DNA from: Octopus sinensis | Lineage: Eukaryota | Length of the DNA stretch: 64,000 bases | Assembly (NCBI RefSeq): GCF_006345805.1 | Contig: NC_043009.1 | Location: 17,794,001 to 17,858,000 of the forward strand | Direction of reading: 5' to 3' | Shown: piece by piece, positions 52,463 to 64,000 of the stretch | How positions within the stretch are numbered: the stretch's first letter is position 1 | Layout of the letters: the number at the start of each line of letters is the position of its first letter | Notes under the pieces: model-generated | Database searches by the model: none | The model's input: the letters and a program-made list of their open reading frames with translations, nothing else | Told to the model about the DNA's origin: nothing | Made by a program: the position numbers and the translations under genes

Positions 52463-52939
52463 CTGCTGTTTGTGTATATATGTATGTGTATATGTGTGTA
52501 TGATTGTATTATATATGCATAGATGCATGAAGCTGTTTGCTTCAAAATTGTGTCCCAGGTTTGATCCTATGGTGCAGCATCTTAGATATGTGTCTTTCAC
52601 AATAGTCTTAAGTCTACCAAAGCCTTCTAAGTGAAATTGGGTCCATGGAAACAGTGTAAAAGCCTGCCTGTTTGACTGCCCGTGCAGTTTAAAAACCCAG
52701 CCTTGTCATATTGTGTCTCACTGATTTATATATATTAAGTGTACATGTGTCTATGGACGCATCAATAGTTATGAGAGGCAGAAAGACAAAGGGGCCTGAG
52801 ATGTCTGAAAGGTAGAGGCACAAGACCTGCTAGCTCCAAGGAACAAAGGCCATTATTGTAATGATAGGAATGACAGAGAGAGGAGACAGCACACATGTGC
52901 ACTAGAGACCGAATTAGTTCTACTTAGTTAAGTGACCCT

Positions 52940-53880
52940 TCTATGGATGTGATTCAGGATGTTGGTGGGTCTAGCATCAGCACCATCCTCAATGTAGAGA
53001 GTAATCCACTGCAGGCCTTCAGTTGAGCCTTGTAGATTATCAGCAACTACTGGGGGCTGAAATGCTTTCTGAACCTGAAGAGAAGGCCCAGTCTTTGGGA
53101 TATGGTCCTAGCTATGTTGAGGATGTACTTTTGCTTGTGATAATAAGACACAGTGTTTGAAGTAACTATGAGGGTTCTAGCTGAGTATCACACGTTTAGT
53201 GGCAATTTTTCTCTTGATATGAGTAGTGTTTGATTTTGATATTGTTAAAAGAAATATGGTCAGAATGGTTTCACTGAAGGATTCTCACAAGGTCTCTGTA
53301 AATGGAATCAATACAGGTTCAGCTTGTCTAGGCTGGTTGTGAACAAAGCAAGGCTGGAGAAAGTTATGGAGGAATGAAGGGTCATATCATTTGCATAAGG
53401 TTAAGTGTTGTTGGATGTGACAGTAAGGTCATTGATCGATAAAAGGGAGAGAGATGAGTGCAAATCTAACTCAGGAGAATTCTAGAGTTGATTAAAAATG
53501 AGGCAAGATGGAGCCCATAGGCAAAAAAGTTTGATTGGAGATTCACATGCCAGGTGGAGTTGAAAGCTTTGCAGATATCTCAGGTAACATATTGCTTTCA
53601 CTGAACTTCTTTAAAGCGAGAGCCAACAGGTGAGTGACATAATAAAGCAGGCTTTGAAGCAGATTTGTCTTTCTGAAAGCCAGACTGGGGGTCGCTGAAG
53701 GGAGAGACAAAAATTCAAGGTACCGGAGAATATTATTGTTAATAGTTGGCTCCTGCACATTAGAGATGTTAAAGATGGGGGTAATAGTATAATAGTTGGC
53801 CAGGTCAAAGGTGTTGCCTTTCTTTGGAACAGAGCATATTGAAGCATGCTTCAAAGTGTCATGATGCGTCCCTGTAGAGA
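52940..53880 (-). mobile_element. Decayed CR1/L2/Jockey-group LINE reverse transcriptase
   Basis: KHASICSVPKKGNTFDLANY, QSGFQK, SINDLTVTSNNT*PYANDMTL (YADD-like); frameshifted. Confidence 0.65.
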
Positions 53881-54395
53881 GTGTGAGATTAAAGAGTTTG
53901 GTGAATGTATGTGCTTTGACTAATCTATATGCATGTAAAACATGTGTGTCTGTATCTAGAAACTGGGACTGTATAAGCCTTAAAGGTGAAAGAGCTCAGT
54001 GAGAAGGGTGTGACAGATGTGTTTCTCACAGAATGGTATACAGCATGATATGATGTAATGATAGAAGTAGTGGTAAATTGGTTGAGAATTACTGAATTGT
54101 TGGGTTAGGCCTAATTTGAAAGGAAGCTTAGGTGGTTGTGACTTGTAAAGGAGGTGTTTCTGACCTGGAGGGAGAGAAAGAGAGGGATAGAATGAGAGAG
54201 AGAGGAGGGGAAAGAAAGAAAAAGGGAGAGAGATGGTAAATGAATGCAACATAAAATATTAGCAATAGCAAAAGAGAAAGTGCATATATATATGATATAT
54301 GTATGTATATATATATGTCCGTGTGTGTATATATATACACACATATATGTATATGTATGTATGTATAATAAAATGATGTGTTTGTGTGAGTAATT

Positions 54396-54430
<35 letters not shown>

Positions 54431-55656
54431 CACGCACGCACACACACATATTTACACATATATATATATAGACATACACATGCACATAAAAATATATATG
54501 CACATACATATATACACACATAAATATATATAATATATAAAAAAGATATACTTACATATATATGTATATATATATATATATAATAATGGTATAATATATG
54601 TACATGTGCAAATCTATATACACATGTACATATATAAATATAAATATATGATGATATATATATATATATATATATATGTATAAAAGAGCAAGAGAAAAGA
54701 GGGTGAGAGAGGATGTGCAAAGTTATTGCTTTATGCCCAGTTAAGTTTATTTCTTATCTAGTTGTCTCCACAGTTGGATTGTAGATAAAAGTGAATTTTA
54801 ACACGTCCACTGCTTGTGGCAGAGAATTGGTATATTGACTGGAAATAATTATCCTGGCTAATGGCAGGCTGATTCCTTTATTTAGTGCTTCAATAGCTGA
54901 CAGTTGTATCATGAAGTGTGACTAGTTAGCTTGAAGATGTGATTAGACATACATACTTGCATACATACATATTACATACATATATACATACATACATACA
55001 TACGTACATACATACATATATACATATGTACATACATATATGCACAAACACACTCCCATGTGTATATGGATAGATATACAACATATAAATGTGTGTGTAT
55101 ATATATATATGTATACACATACATATATACATACATACATATATATATATATGTATTTATATATAAATGCATATAAAGAAGTATGTATATATATATATCT
55201 ATGTATGTAAATAATGTGTGTATGTACCCCTACACTCACCCCTTACCCCCATTACTTTGTTTCTGCCGCCATACCCTCTACTTTGCCATCCACCCCTATT
55301 TTGGCTCTTCTTTAGTCATCAGTCTCTCTACTGCTGTTCATCTTCTCCTCCTGTGCCTTAAGTAAAAAGATACATCATTAAGTAGTCCTACTACATGGTG
55401 AAGGCAATTTTTATCAATGTTGATGCCATGATAAGTGGGGACAAGACTGAGTCAAGAGGACATTGTCGTTTTGTTGAAGACATCACCACCACTCTAGCAC
55501 TAGGGACATGACAAAATACATCCCAGTGCAAAGTGGTTGGTTATGCAAAGGGCATTGAGCCATTGAGTATAAGTCTTCTGACCTTATCTAGAATGGCAGT
55601 AAATCTAAGTAGCGGCTGAGACAATTGTTACTCTCTCTCTCTCTCTTTCTCTCTCA

Positions 55657-55691
<35 letters not shown>

Positions 55692-55810
55692 ACTCTCTCT
55701 CACTCTGTAAATGTGTGTATATATATATAAATACATACATACATATACATATATATATATACAAACATACATATATATATATATACATATATACATACAA
55801 ACATGCATAT

Positions 55811-55851
<41 letters not shown>

Positions 55852-56456
55852 TGTCTATTTGGTAAGACGCTTGATTCTCAACCACACAATTCTGGGTTCA
55901 GTCTGGCACCTTGTGAGTGGGTCTGGTAGAAGAAACTGAAAGAAGCCCGTCGTGTATATATGTGTGTGTGCAAGTGTGTGTGTGCATGTGTGTGTGTGTG
56001 TGCAAGTGTGTGTGTGTGTATGTGTGTGTGTATACATCCATTGCAGTGGGAATGAGTTTTGAGTAACCATTAACCTAATTTATATTAAGGTACGGATGAC
56101 TTAAGTTTACTTTTAACCTCCCCATTCTTAAAAACACCAAGTAGATAGCTAACTCACTTTCTGATCATGAGTGCACCAAACCTCACGTGTGCGTATGCTC
56201 ACATTTTTGTGGATGCTTGTATGAGTGAGTGTACTCGTGCCATGCAGCTTGTCCGAGGGCATTTATTCATCCATATTTGTTAACAGTTATTTTTAATACT
56301 CGCTGGATTGCGTGTTCATTTGTCATTTTTACCATCTGTGATTGTGTCTTTGATTTTCTATATAAATGAAGATATTTCCTCCGTCTGGTTGCTTTTCTTT
56401 CTACAAAACAAGAAATTGCATTGCTTAACTGTTATTCTAACGAGTTGTATCTATTT

Positions 56457-56562
56457 ATCACCTGACGAGATACATCTGCACCACTAGGTGCTCCTGAACC
56501 AGCTGTTGAGTGTCCCACCCATGAGGAATCGATGCTAGGTGTGTTGAAGCAATTGCCATGAT
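56457..56562 (+). ncRNA. Variant or decayed type I hammerhead with long stem II
   Basis: atcac-CTGACGA-gatacatct...aggtgtgtt-GAAG-caattg-CC-atgat; palindromic GCAATTGC stem III with G-C in place of the A15.1-U16.1 pair. Confidence 0.4.
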
Positions 56563-56606
56563 TAATAGTAAATTCTCGTATGTTCCATCTTCCGTCTTTC
56601 ATTTGC

Positions 56607-56655
<49 letters not shown>

Positions 56656-56792
56656 TTTATTTAAAAGCAGCAGAAATATAACAAAAGCTGTTACTCGGAG
56701 TTTCACGTTCCATATTACTCTACCTCTGGTATTTGAGTACTTTTTTTTCCACCTTGTTTCACATTTATGTGTTTACTCCGGTATATATATAT

Positions 56793-56831
<39 letters not shown>

Positions 56832-56833
56832 TC

Positions 56834-57365
56834 TTTATAATTAAAGCTGCAAAAACATCACAAAGAACTACTAATCAGAGTTTCATGTTCCCATTCGTTG
56901 GGCAGTTGTGATCAAAAATGGGATAAAAATTGTGATTGTACGTATAATGTATATTTTGATATGTTTCAAATTCATGGATACACATTTGAAATTGATTGGA
57001 TGATTTCATTAACAGTAAAAGTCTTTCAGAAGTATGCAAGATAAGACAAGTAAGTATAAATTTTATTTTATATTTCATATTTCCTGTCCCATCTTGCATA
57101 CTTCTGAAAGACCATTAGTTAAAATCAACCAATCAAATTCAAATGTGAATCTGTCAATTTGATCCATATCAAAATATACATTATACAATCACAATTTATA
57201 TTCCATTTTTGGTCACAACTGCCTGACGAGCAGGAACATGAAACTCTGTGTAGCAGTTTTTTTGTGATGTTTTTGCAGTTTTAATAATAAAGCATATTGC
57301 TCTACCTCAAGTATTCGAGTACTATTTTTTCTGACCTTGTTTCCTTTATGTGCTTACTCGAGTGC
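56834..57365. mobile_element. Foldback family A element: diverged ~220-bp inverted arms plus a 3' tail
   Basis: 56836-57055 is the reverse complement of ~57078-57287; a hammerhead in each arm; the right arm continues through AATAAA into the family tail and (TA)n. Confidence 0.8.
57217..57258 (+). ncRNA. Minimal type I hammerhead (family A; core intact, stems II and III partly decayed)
   Basis: aactgc-CTGACGA-gcaggaacat-GAAA-ctctgtg-TA-gcagtt. Confidence 0.6.
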
Positions 57366-57375
57366 ATATATATAT

Positions 57376-57748
57376 TCTTTTATTTGTTTCATTCATTAAC
57401 TGCAGAGTCATGCTGGAGCACCGCCTTTAGTCAAACAAATTGACCCCAGAACTTTGTAAGCCTAGTACTTATTCTATCAGTCTCTTTTGCTGAACTGCTT
57501 AGTTATAGGGACATAAACACACTAACATCAGTTGTCAAGTGATGGTGAAGGGGCAAACCCAGACATGCAAACATATACACATATATACAACGGGTTTCTT
57601 TCGGTTTCTCTCCACAAAATCCACACACAAGGCTTTGGTGAGCCCAAGGCTACAGAGGAAGAGACTTGCCCAAGTTGCCACACAGTGGGACTGAACCCAG
57701 AACCATGTGGTTGGTAAACAAGCTACTTACCACACAGTCACTTCTGTG

Positions 57749-57750
<2 letters not shown>
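57376..57750 (-). mobile_element. SINE family 1
   Basis: Reverse complement of 31139-31552. Confidence 0.8.
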
Positions 57751-57787
<37 letters not shown>

Positions 57788-58306
57788 AAAAAATGAAGTT
57801 CGAAAATGCTGCTGTATTATACAATTTTTAATTTTTATATATACATTATAACATGTTTCAGTTCCTGAAATGAACTTTATCAAAAAGAGTTATATATAAA
57901 AAAAGACAGCTCATGCCGTCAAACACAAGAAATTCATTTATAATACACAACGGAGTCAGACATCTTAGAGTTCATGTATAGTTGATATATAGTTCATGTA
58001 TAGTTGATATATAGTTTGAAGTATATGTTCAAAGTGTTCGATGCAGTGGCCCACGGTGGCGATACGTATTTAATACAAAAAACAGATCAAAGTGGTGGAA
58101 AGCGGTCAATACAGAAGATTGATGTTTCCGAAAGAGCGAGGAATTCATTTTTACCGTAAGCAAATGTGATGACCCATGGTGGATGTTCGCTGGGTGGTTC
58201 TAATGAGTTTTTGTGAAGTGCTCGGTTTTATAATGCCTGTTAGGTGGTCAATCCAGCATAGCGTGACGTCATCAACGTTTTGACCAATCGTTTCGTTAGG
58301 TGGCTT

Positions 58307-58517
58307 TAGTCAAGTAGAATGGGACGTCATCATTATTTTGACCAATCGCTGCATTATAACTGCCTCTTGTTTGTTTCCTGTTTTGACCAGTCGCTTCGTT
58401 AGTCAAGTAGAACGGGACGTCATCATTATTTTGACCAATCGCTGCATTATAACTGCCTCTTGTTTGTTTCCTGTTTTGACCAGTCGCTTCGTTAGTCAAG
58501 CAGAACGGGACGTCATG
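58307..58517. repeat. 93-bp tandem repeat (~2.3 units) with CRE-like and CCAAT motifs
   Basis: gacgtcat at 58323, 58416 and 58509; gaccaatc in each full unit; degenerate units at 58264 and 58600. Confidence 0.85.
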
Positions 58518-58645
58518 CAGATTCTGCCCAATCACGACTTATAGCTACATTAGATCTGCCCCCTGTCTGTACTTGTTAGGTGACTATTCAAGCAGAAAAG
58601 GATGTCATCAATATTCTGACTAATGACTGTCCCCTGTTTGTATCC

Positions 58646-58703
<58 letters not shown>

Positions 58704-58927
58704 TACATACATATATATTCAAAAGTTTGTAAATGGTAACAGTGAAACCATGGTATGTAGCTTATCATCAAATTTTGTATCTTTTCATTTGTCTTGGTCA
58801 CTTTACATTCTGGCGTTTGCTGAAATTTCTTGAGAACACATTCATTTAGCATCTTCTTGTGGCATATTAGGAATCCACCTTGGTGGTTATTCCTCTTATA
58901 TATGTATGTATGATTATGTATATATAT

Positions 58928-58961
<34 letters not shown>

Positions 58962-59023
58962 CATATGTATGTATATATACGTATGTATGTATATATTTAC
59001 ATATATATACACACATATATATT

Positions 59024-59060
<37 letters not shown>

Positions 59061-59515
59061 ACACACACACACATATATATACATACATATATCTATGTGT
59101 CTGTTTGTCCACAACACTGCTTGATGACCAGTGTTGGTGCGGTTATATCCCCATAACTTAGCAGTACGGCAAAAGAAAGCAATAAAATTAGTACAAGGCT
59201 TTAAACAGTAAGAAAGGTTTGTGACTTTGACAAATACATTTTGTCTAAGCATCACTTCTTGGTGACAAACTGTTGTCCTTCTTAGCTCTCCATAAAATCT
59301 TAAACTTTAGAGATCATCATCATCATCATCATCATCATCATCGTTTAATGTCTGCTTTCCATGCTTTCCATGGGTTGGACGATCTGACTGAGGTCTGGTG
59401 AACCAGATGGCTGCACCTGGCTCCAATCTGATCTGGCAGAGTTTCTACAGCTGGATTTCCTTCCTAATGCCAACCACTCCGAAAGTGTAGTGGGTGCTTT
59501 TATGTGCCACCTAAG

Positions 59516-59746
59516 GCAGCGAGCTGGCAGAAACGTTAGCACGCCGGGCGAAATGCGTAAACGTATTTCGTCTGGCATTACGTTCTGAGTTCAAATTCCG
59601 CTGAAGTCGACTTTACCTTTCATCCTTTCGGGGTCGATAAATTAAGTACCAGTTATGCACTGGGGTCGATGTAATCGACTTAATCCGTTTGTCTGTCCTT
59701 GTTTGTCCTCTCTGTGTTTAGCCCCTTGTGGGTAGTAAAGAAATAG
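59516..59746 (+). mobile_element. SINE family 2 (young copy) nested in a minus-strand RTE 3' UTR (59335-60010)
   Basis: ggcagcgagctggcagaaacgttagc...gttctgagttcaaattcc...; RTE UTR repeats (ttttatgtgccacc) on both sides. Confidence 0.7.
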
Positions 59747-60049
59747 GTACTGGCAACGGCCACGCTCAAATGGTGCTTTTTATGTGTCACCTGCACTGGA
59801 GTCAGTCCAGTGGCACTGGCAACAACAATGACCTCGCTTGAATGTTTTTTCACATGCCATCAGCACAAGTGCTAGTAAGGCGACGCAGGTAATGATCACA
59901 CTCAAATGGTGTTTTTAATGTGCCACCAGCATGGGGGCCAGCTTGCTGCTCTGGCAATGATCACGCTCATATGGTACTCTTAGCACTCCACTAGCATAGA
60001 TGCCAGTCATCAAATTTGATTTCGATCTTTAATATTATTATTTCTGCTT

Positions 60050-60895
60050 AACGTTAATTTCAGGCATTAATCCCTTTTTATTTTTCACTGGTTTTTACCT
60101 CAGTACTTCTTTCTGCTGAATATTTTTGCATATAACTAACAGAGATAGATTCCTGTCATTGGGATCTATCATATAAGCTAAAATAAAATATAGATTTATT
60201 AAAAAAAAAATTTGAACTCCAAAGTTGATTTCTTCCGTTTGTGGCTTCACATATTTGACTCAAACTTTTTTTTACTGAACCAAGTTTCGAATTTTTTTGC
60301 TCGAAATATAGCTTACAGTGTGACCAAGCTAAATCCGTAAACATCATCTAATTTGGTTAAAAACTGAGTAAATGTTGATCTTAAGAATATTAGATGTTTT
60401 TTGAAAAGATTAACACTACAACACTCATCTTAATGAGTTCTATCATATGAGGTAAAAAGAAAAAATGTTAAAGTTAGATATAGTTTTCTTTTGAAATAAC
60501 AATAACCTCTGGAGTCAAAGTCGATTTCAGGCGTTAGTCTCCTTTTTTCTCACCGGTTTTTACCTCAGTACCTTTTTCACTACTGCATATAAGTAACATG
60601 GATAGATTTCACTTGTTGAGCTCTATCATGTAAGCTAAAATAAAATAAAGATTTCTTTAAAGAAAAATATTTGGACTCAAAATCAATTTCAGATGTTACT
60701 CTCCTGTTTTTGACTGCACATATTTTGCTGAAACCATTTTTCTACCAAAGCAATTTTCAAATTTTGTAGCTGAAATGGAGCTTAGGATGTGACCAATCTA
60801 AAAGTGTAAACATCATCTAATTTGGTTAAAAACTGAGTTAGTGACAAAGCTTGGAAGTGGTCGCAAGTGAGTAAATGTTGACCTTAAGAATATTA
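60050..60895. repeat. Diverged direct duplication, period ~470 bp
   Basis: atttcaggc..ggtttttacctcagtac..taagctaaaataaaata..gtaaacatcatctaatttggttaaaaactgagt at ~60057-60392 and ~60524-60895. Confidence 0.75.
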
Positions 60896-61041
60896 TTCAC
60901 ACACTGCTATATATACATATATATTTCAACTGATGTACACACAGACATCAGACACAGACACACACACACACACTCAAATATACATATATATATATGTTTT
61001 TACTCTGGTGTGCATATATATATATATAAATGCTTACTCTG

Positions 61042-61083
<42 letters not shown>

Positions 61084-61195
61084 CAGAGTAAGCATATAAA
61101 TGTGAAAAAAGGGGGGAAAATAGTACTCGAATACTGGAGGTAGAGTAATATGCTTTATTAATAAAATATATGTATATTTATATATATTTTATATA

Positions 61196-63836
61196 TCTAT
61201 ATATATAAAATAGAGGTTGTCTATGTGTGTCTGTATGTCTGTTGTTCTGGATTCTTCTCCGAAACTAGACGGTTTTTTTTAAACTTTACATATCGGTGCA
61301 ATTTTGGACGAGATGGGTTGTGACGCTATTGATTTTTTCATATTGATATTGGATCTCCCCAAAAAATCGACAAATCAATATTGATTTTTTTTCAAAAGTT
61401 GTCCAATTTTGATCAAAATCAACATACTTATACATTTTTATCTAAAGAATTTAATAGCATCATTAGTTTTCAAATTCTGTTTCATTTGAGCACAGGATGA
61501 GAACAGACTCCAAAAATGCCGTTTTGGACATAGCACCTGAAGCTTTTATCCGATTGCACTCAACTTCATGTCCAATGTACATTAGACTCTAAACTACAGA
61601 CATCAGTCAATATTGCAGTATCTTGAACTGGATGGCACCAGTGATGAGATTTACAATAGAGCACTGATTGACCTCGAGGACAGGGTTATCTCCCTTGGTG
61701 GTACTGATTTGCCGACATATGGTTTACCAGCTACACTCCGGTCAGTATACAACACACTTTCTTCTGCAGTCTTGCGAGAAACGTCTTACAACAATGCCCA
61801 ATTTGTCAATGAGGTGGAACCACAACTGCTTCCAGACCAATGCCATGTCTACAACTGTATTGTTAGCAATGTGTGTCACCGATCCAGTGACATTTTCTTC
61901 TTGGATGCACCAGGTGACACCGGAAAAACCTTTTTAATCAAATTAATTCTCGCAAATGTATAGAAAAATGGAGACAAAGCGTTAGCTGTTGCCTCTTCTG
62001 GGATTGCTGCCACTTTGTTTCCAGGTGGAAGAACAGCACATTCCACCTTCAAACTTCCACTGAATTTAGCGGCTCCAGAAGCCCACTCCTGCAACATCAG
62101 CAAAAGTTCTGGCCAAGGGCAAGTACTCTAATGGTGCATTCTTATCATATAGGATGAGTACACAATGGCTCACAGAGGAGGCCTAGAGGCATTAGATAGA
62201 GTTCTGAGGGATATATGAAACAGTCAGGCTCCAATGGGCGGTGCAACGCTTTTACTGTCAGGTGACTTTAGACAAACTCTTCCTGTCATTCCTAAAGGTA
62301 CGAGGGCAGATGAAGCAGAAGCATGCCTTAAGTCCTGACCATTGAGGCGTCATGTTATGACACTTACGCTATCCACAAATATAAGGGCCCACTTTATGGT
62401 GATCGAAGTTCTTCCCAGTTTGCTAAAGATATTTTGGAACTTGGTGACAGTAAGGTGCCTTTGGACATGGCAGGTGAACTAGACATCTTGCCACTTTGTA
62501 CCATTGTATCTTCTATCAACGAACTAAAGGACAAGGTGTTCCCAAATTTGCAGGACAACTACTACAATCTTAAGTGGTCGTGTGAAAGAGCAATACTTGC
62601 TCCTAAGAACATCACCGTAAGCAAGTTGAATGATCAATTCCTCCAGTCTCTACCTGGAAATCATCGAACATTTAAGTCAATTGATACCATGATAAATGAC
62701 AATGAGGCAGTTAATTATCCTGCTGAATTTCTTAACACATTGGACCTTCCACGCCTTCCTCTGCATACATTGCACCTGAAAAAAGGGATTCCAATAATGC
62801 TGCTTCGGAATTTGGAGCCACCAAAACAGAACAACAGAACATGACTGGTTGTTAAAAAAGTTCTTAACCACGTAATAGAGGCTACCATAATTTCCGGGAG
62901 TGGAAAAGGAGATGATGTTTTCATACCACGAGTTCCTCTCATTCCATCAGGATTGGCTTTTCCTTTCTCCTTTCAGAGGCTTCAATTTCCTATTTGTGTC
63001 AGCTTTGCTGTGTCAATAAACAAGTCCCATGGTCAGACACTATCTGTTGCTGGTCTTCATGTTTTTCACCTGGACAACTATACGTTGGCTGTTCGAGAAT
63101 GGGATGCAAGGTGAATCTCTTTGCATTTGCCTGAAATGGGAGAACAAGGAATATCGTGTACAACCAAATCAAAGCGGTGATATGTACATTTCTACGGTTT
63201 TTTGCTAAAGAGTCTTCTCATTTCATATCCACAACAACTACTTTTCAGGTAGCTATGGCAGCAAGGGATGCACTCAATTGGTTGCCATCACATCTACAAC
63301 AGCAACGACACCAATATCATAACAAAGTGATGCAATGTGAATCCAGCATCCCTAAGGTTATCAAAGACTGTTTGAGACTTACTATTGTTGAATGGAACAA
63401 CAAATAAACGTTTACTTTCTCTCTTTCCTTTAACAAAACCCTTATGCTTAGGGCTTTATGGGTTGACCACTTGACTTTAAGTAGTTATTCTGCAAATCTA
63501 GGAAGAGTGATTATTTATGAGCACAAAGCTATGACACCAAGAAGACTCTGACATATTCAAGACTTCGTTATCCACAGAGCAGGAAATAATATATAAGGTC
63601 AGCTTTATAAACTTTAGCAATGCCGACACACACTGCTAATTGTATTAAAGCAGTAATCCCATGCTTATGTTACTGATTTTAAATAATTTTCCTGCTTAAT
63701 TCTTAACCAAACATTTTGGTAAAATATGGGTTATTGTGATCGGATCACTTATCTTTCATTTATTTTGAAATTTAAAAAACCTCAGTGTTGTTTTACATTA
63801 ACTGACGTTCCCAGGCAACGCTGGGTAAACTGCTAG
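61196..63836 (+). mobile_element. Internally deleted Helitron with both termini
   Basis: 5' A|TCtatatatataaaa at 61196; 3' hairpin cccag-gcaacg-ctggg (63810-63825) then CTAG|T at 63833-63837; internal PIF1 helicase remnant. Confidence 0.85.
61613..63170 (+). pseudogene. PIF1-family SF1 helicase domain of Helitron RepHel, disrupted
   Basis: FFLDAPGDTGKTFL, AVASSGIAATLFPGGRTAHSTFKLP, GGATLLLSGDFRQTLPVIP, ERAILAPKN, PIMLLRNL, RLQFPICVSFAVSINKSHGQTL; multiple stops and frameshifts. Confidence 0.9.
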
Positions 63837-64000
63837 TATATATATATAAATTAATATTCAGGGCAAGTGAGTAAGTATAAAGGCTTAGCCACATGCTTAA
63901 AGGAGATGCTACCTTAAAAATATCACAATAAATATGCACCGGATTCAGGCAAATAAATGGAACAGAGAGAGAGAGAGAGAGAGAAATGTCTATATGAGTG

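Noticed and set aside
58296-58535. Repeats as a CRISPR-like array or repeat protein
   Set aside because: The units are contiguous tandem copies without unique spacers, the context is eukaryotic, and the ORF is a by-product of the 93-bp period.

Overview
AT-rich, microsatellite-dense, repeat-dominated animal genomic DNA. The tRNA-derived SINE families, RTE tails and (TA)n/(TACA)n density resemble a coleoid cephalopod (Octopus-like); this is an inference from pattern recognition, not a database match. No complete host protein-coding gene can be supported. Almost all ORFs in the track are microsatellite translations or decayed transposon fragments: mariner, Tc1/maT-like, hAT, piggyBac-type MITE, RTE, R4/Dong, Tx1-like, CR1/Jockey-like, Penelope-like, and a Helitron with both termini. 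The most interesting signal is a high density of type I hammerhead ribozyme (HHR) motifs. Four have intact catalytic cores (26799, 46785, 47064, 57217) and about eight are decayed, most with palindromic stem III. Several lie in non-coding foldback elements (about 1.9 kb, 450 bp and 180 bp), mostly beside (TA)n tracts, with the ribozyme pointing outward on both arms. One lies in the body of a tRNA-headed SINE, and one lies at the 3' end of a decayed Penelope-like RT/GIY-YIG element. All structures were read by eye, and no folding or homology search was run.
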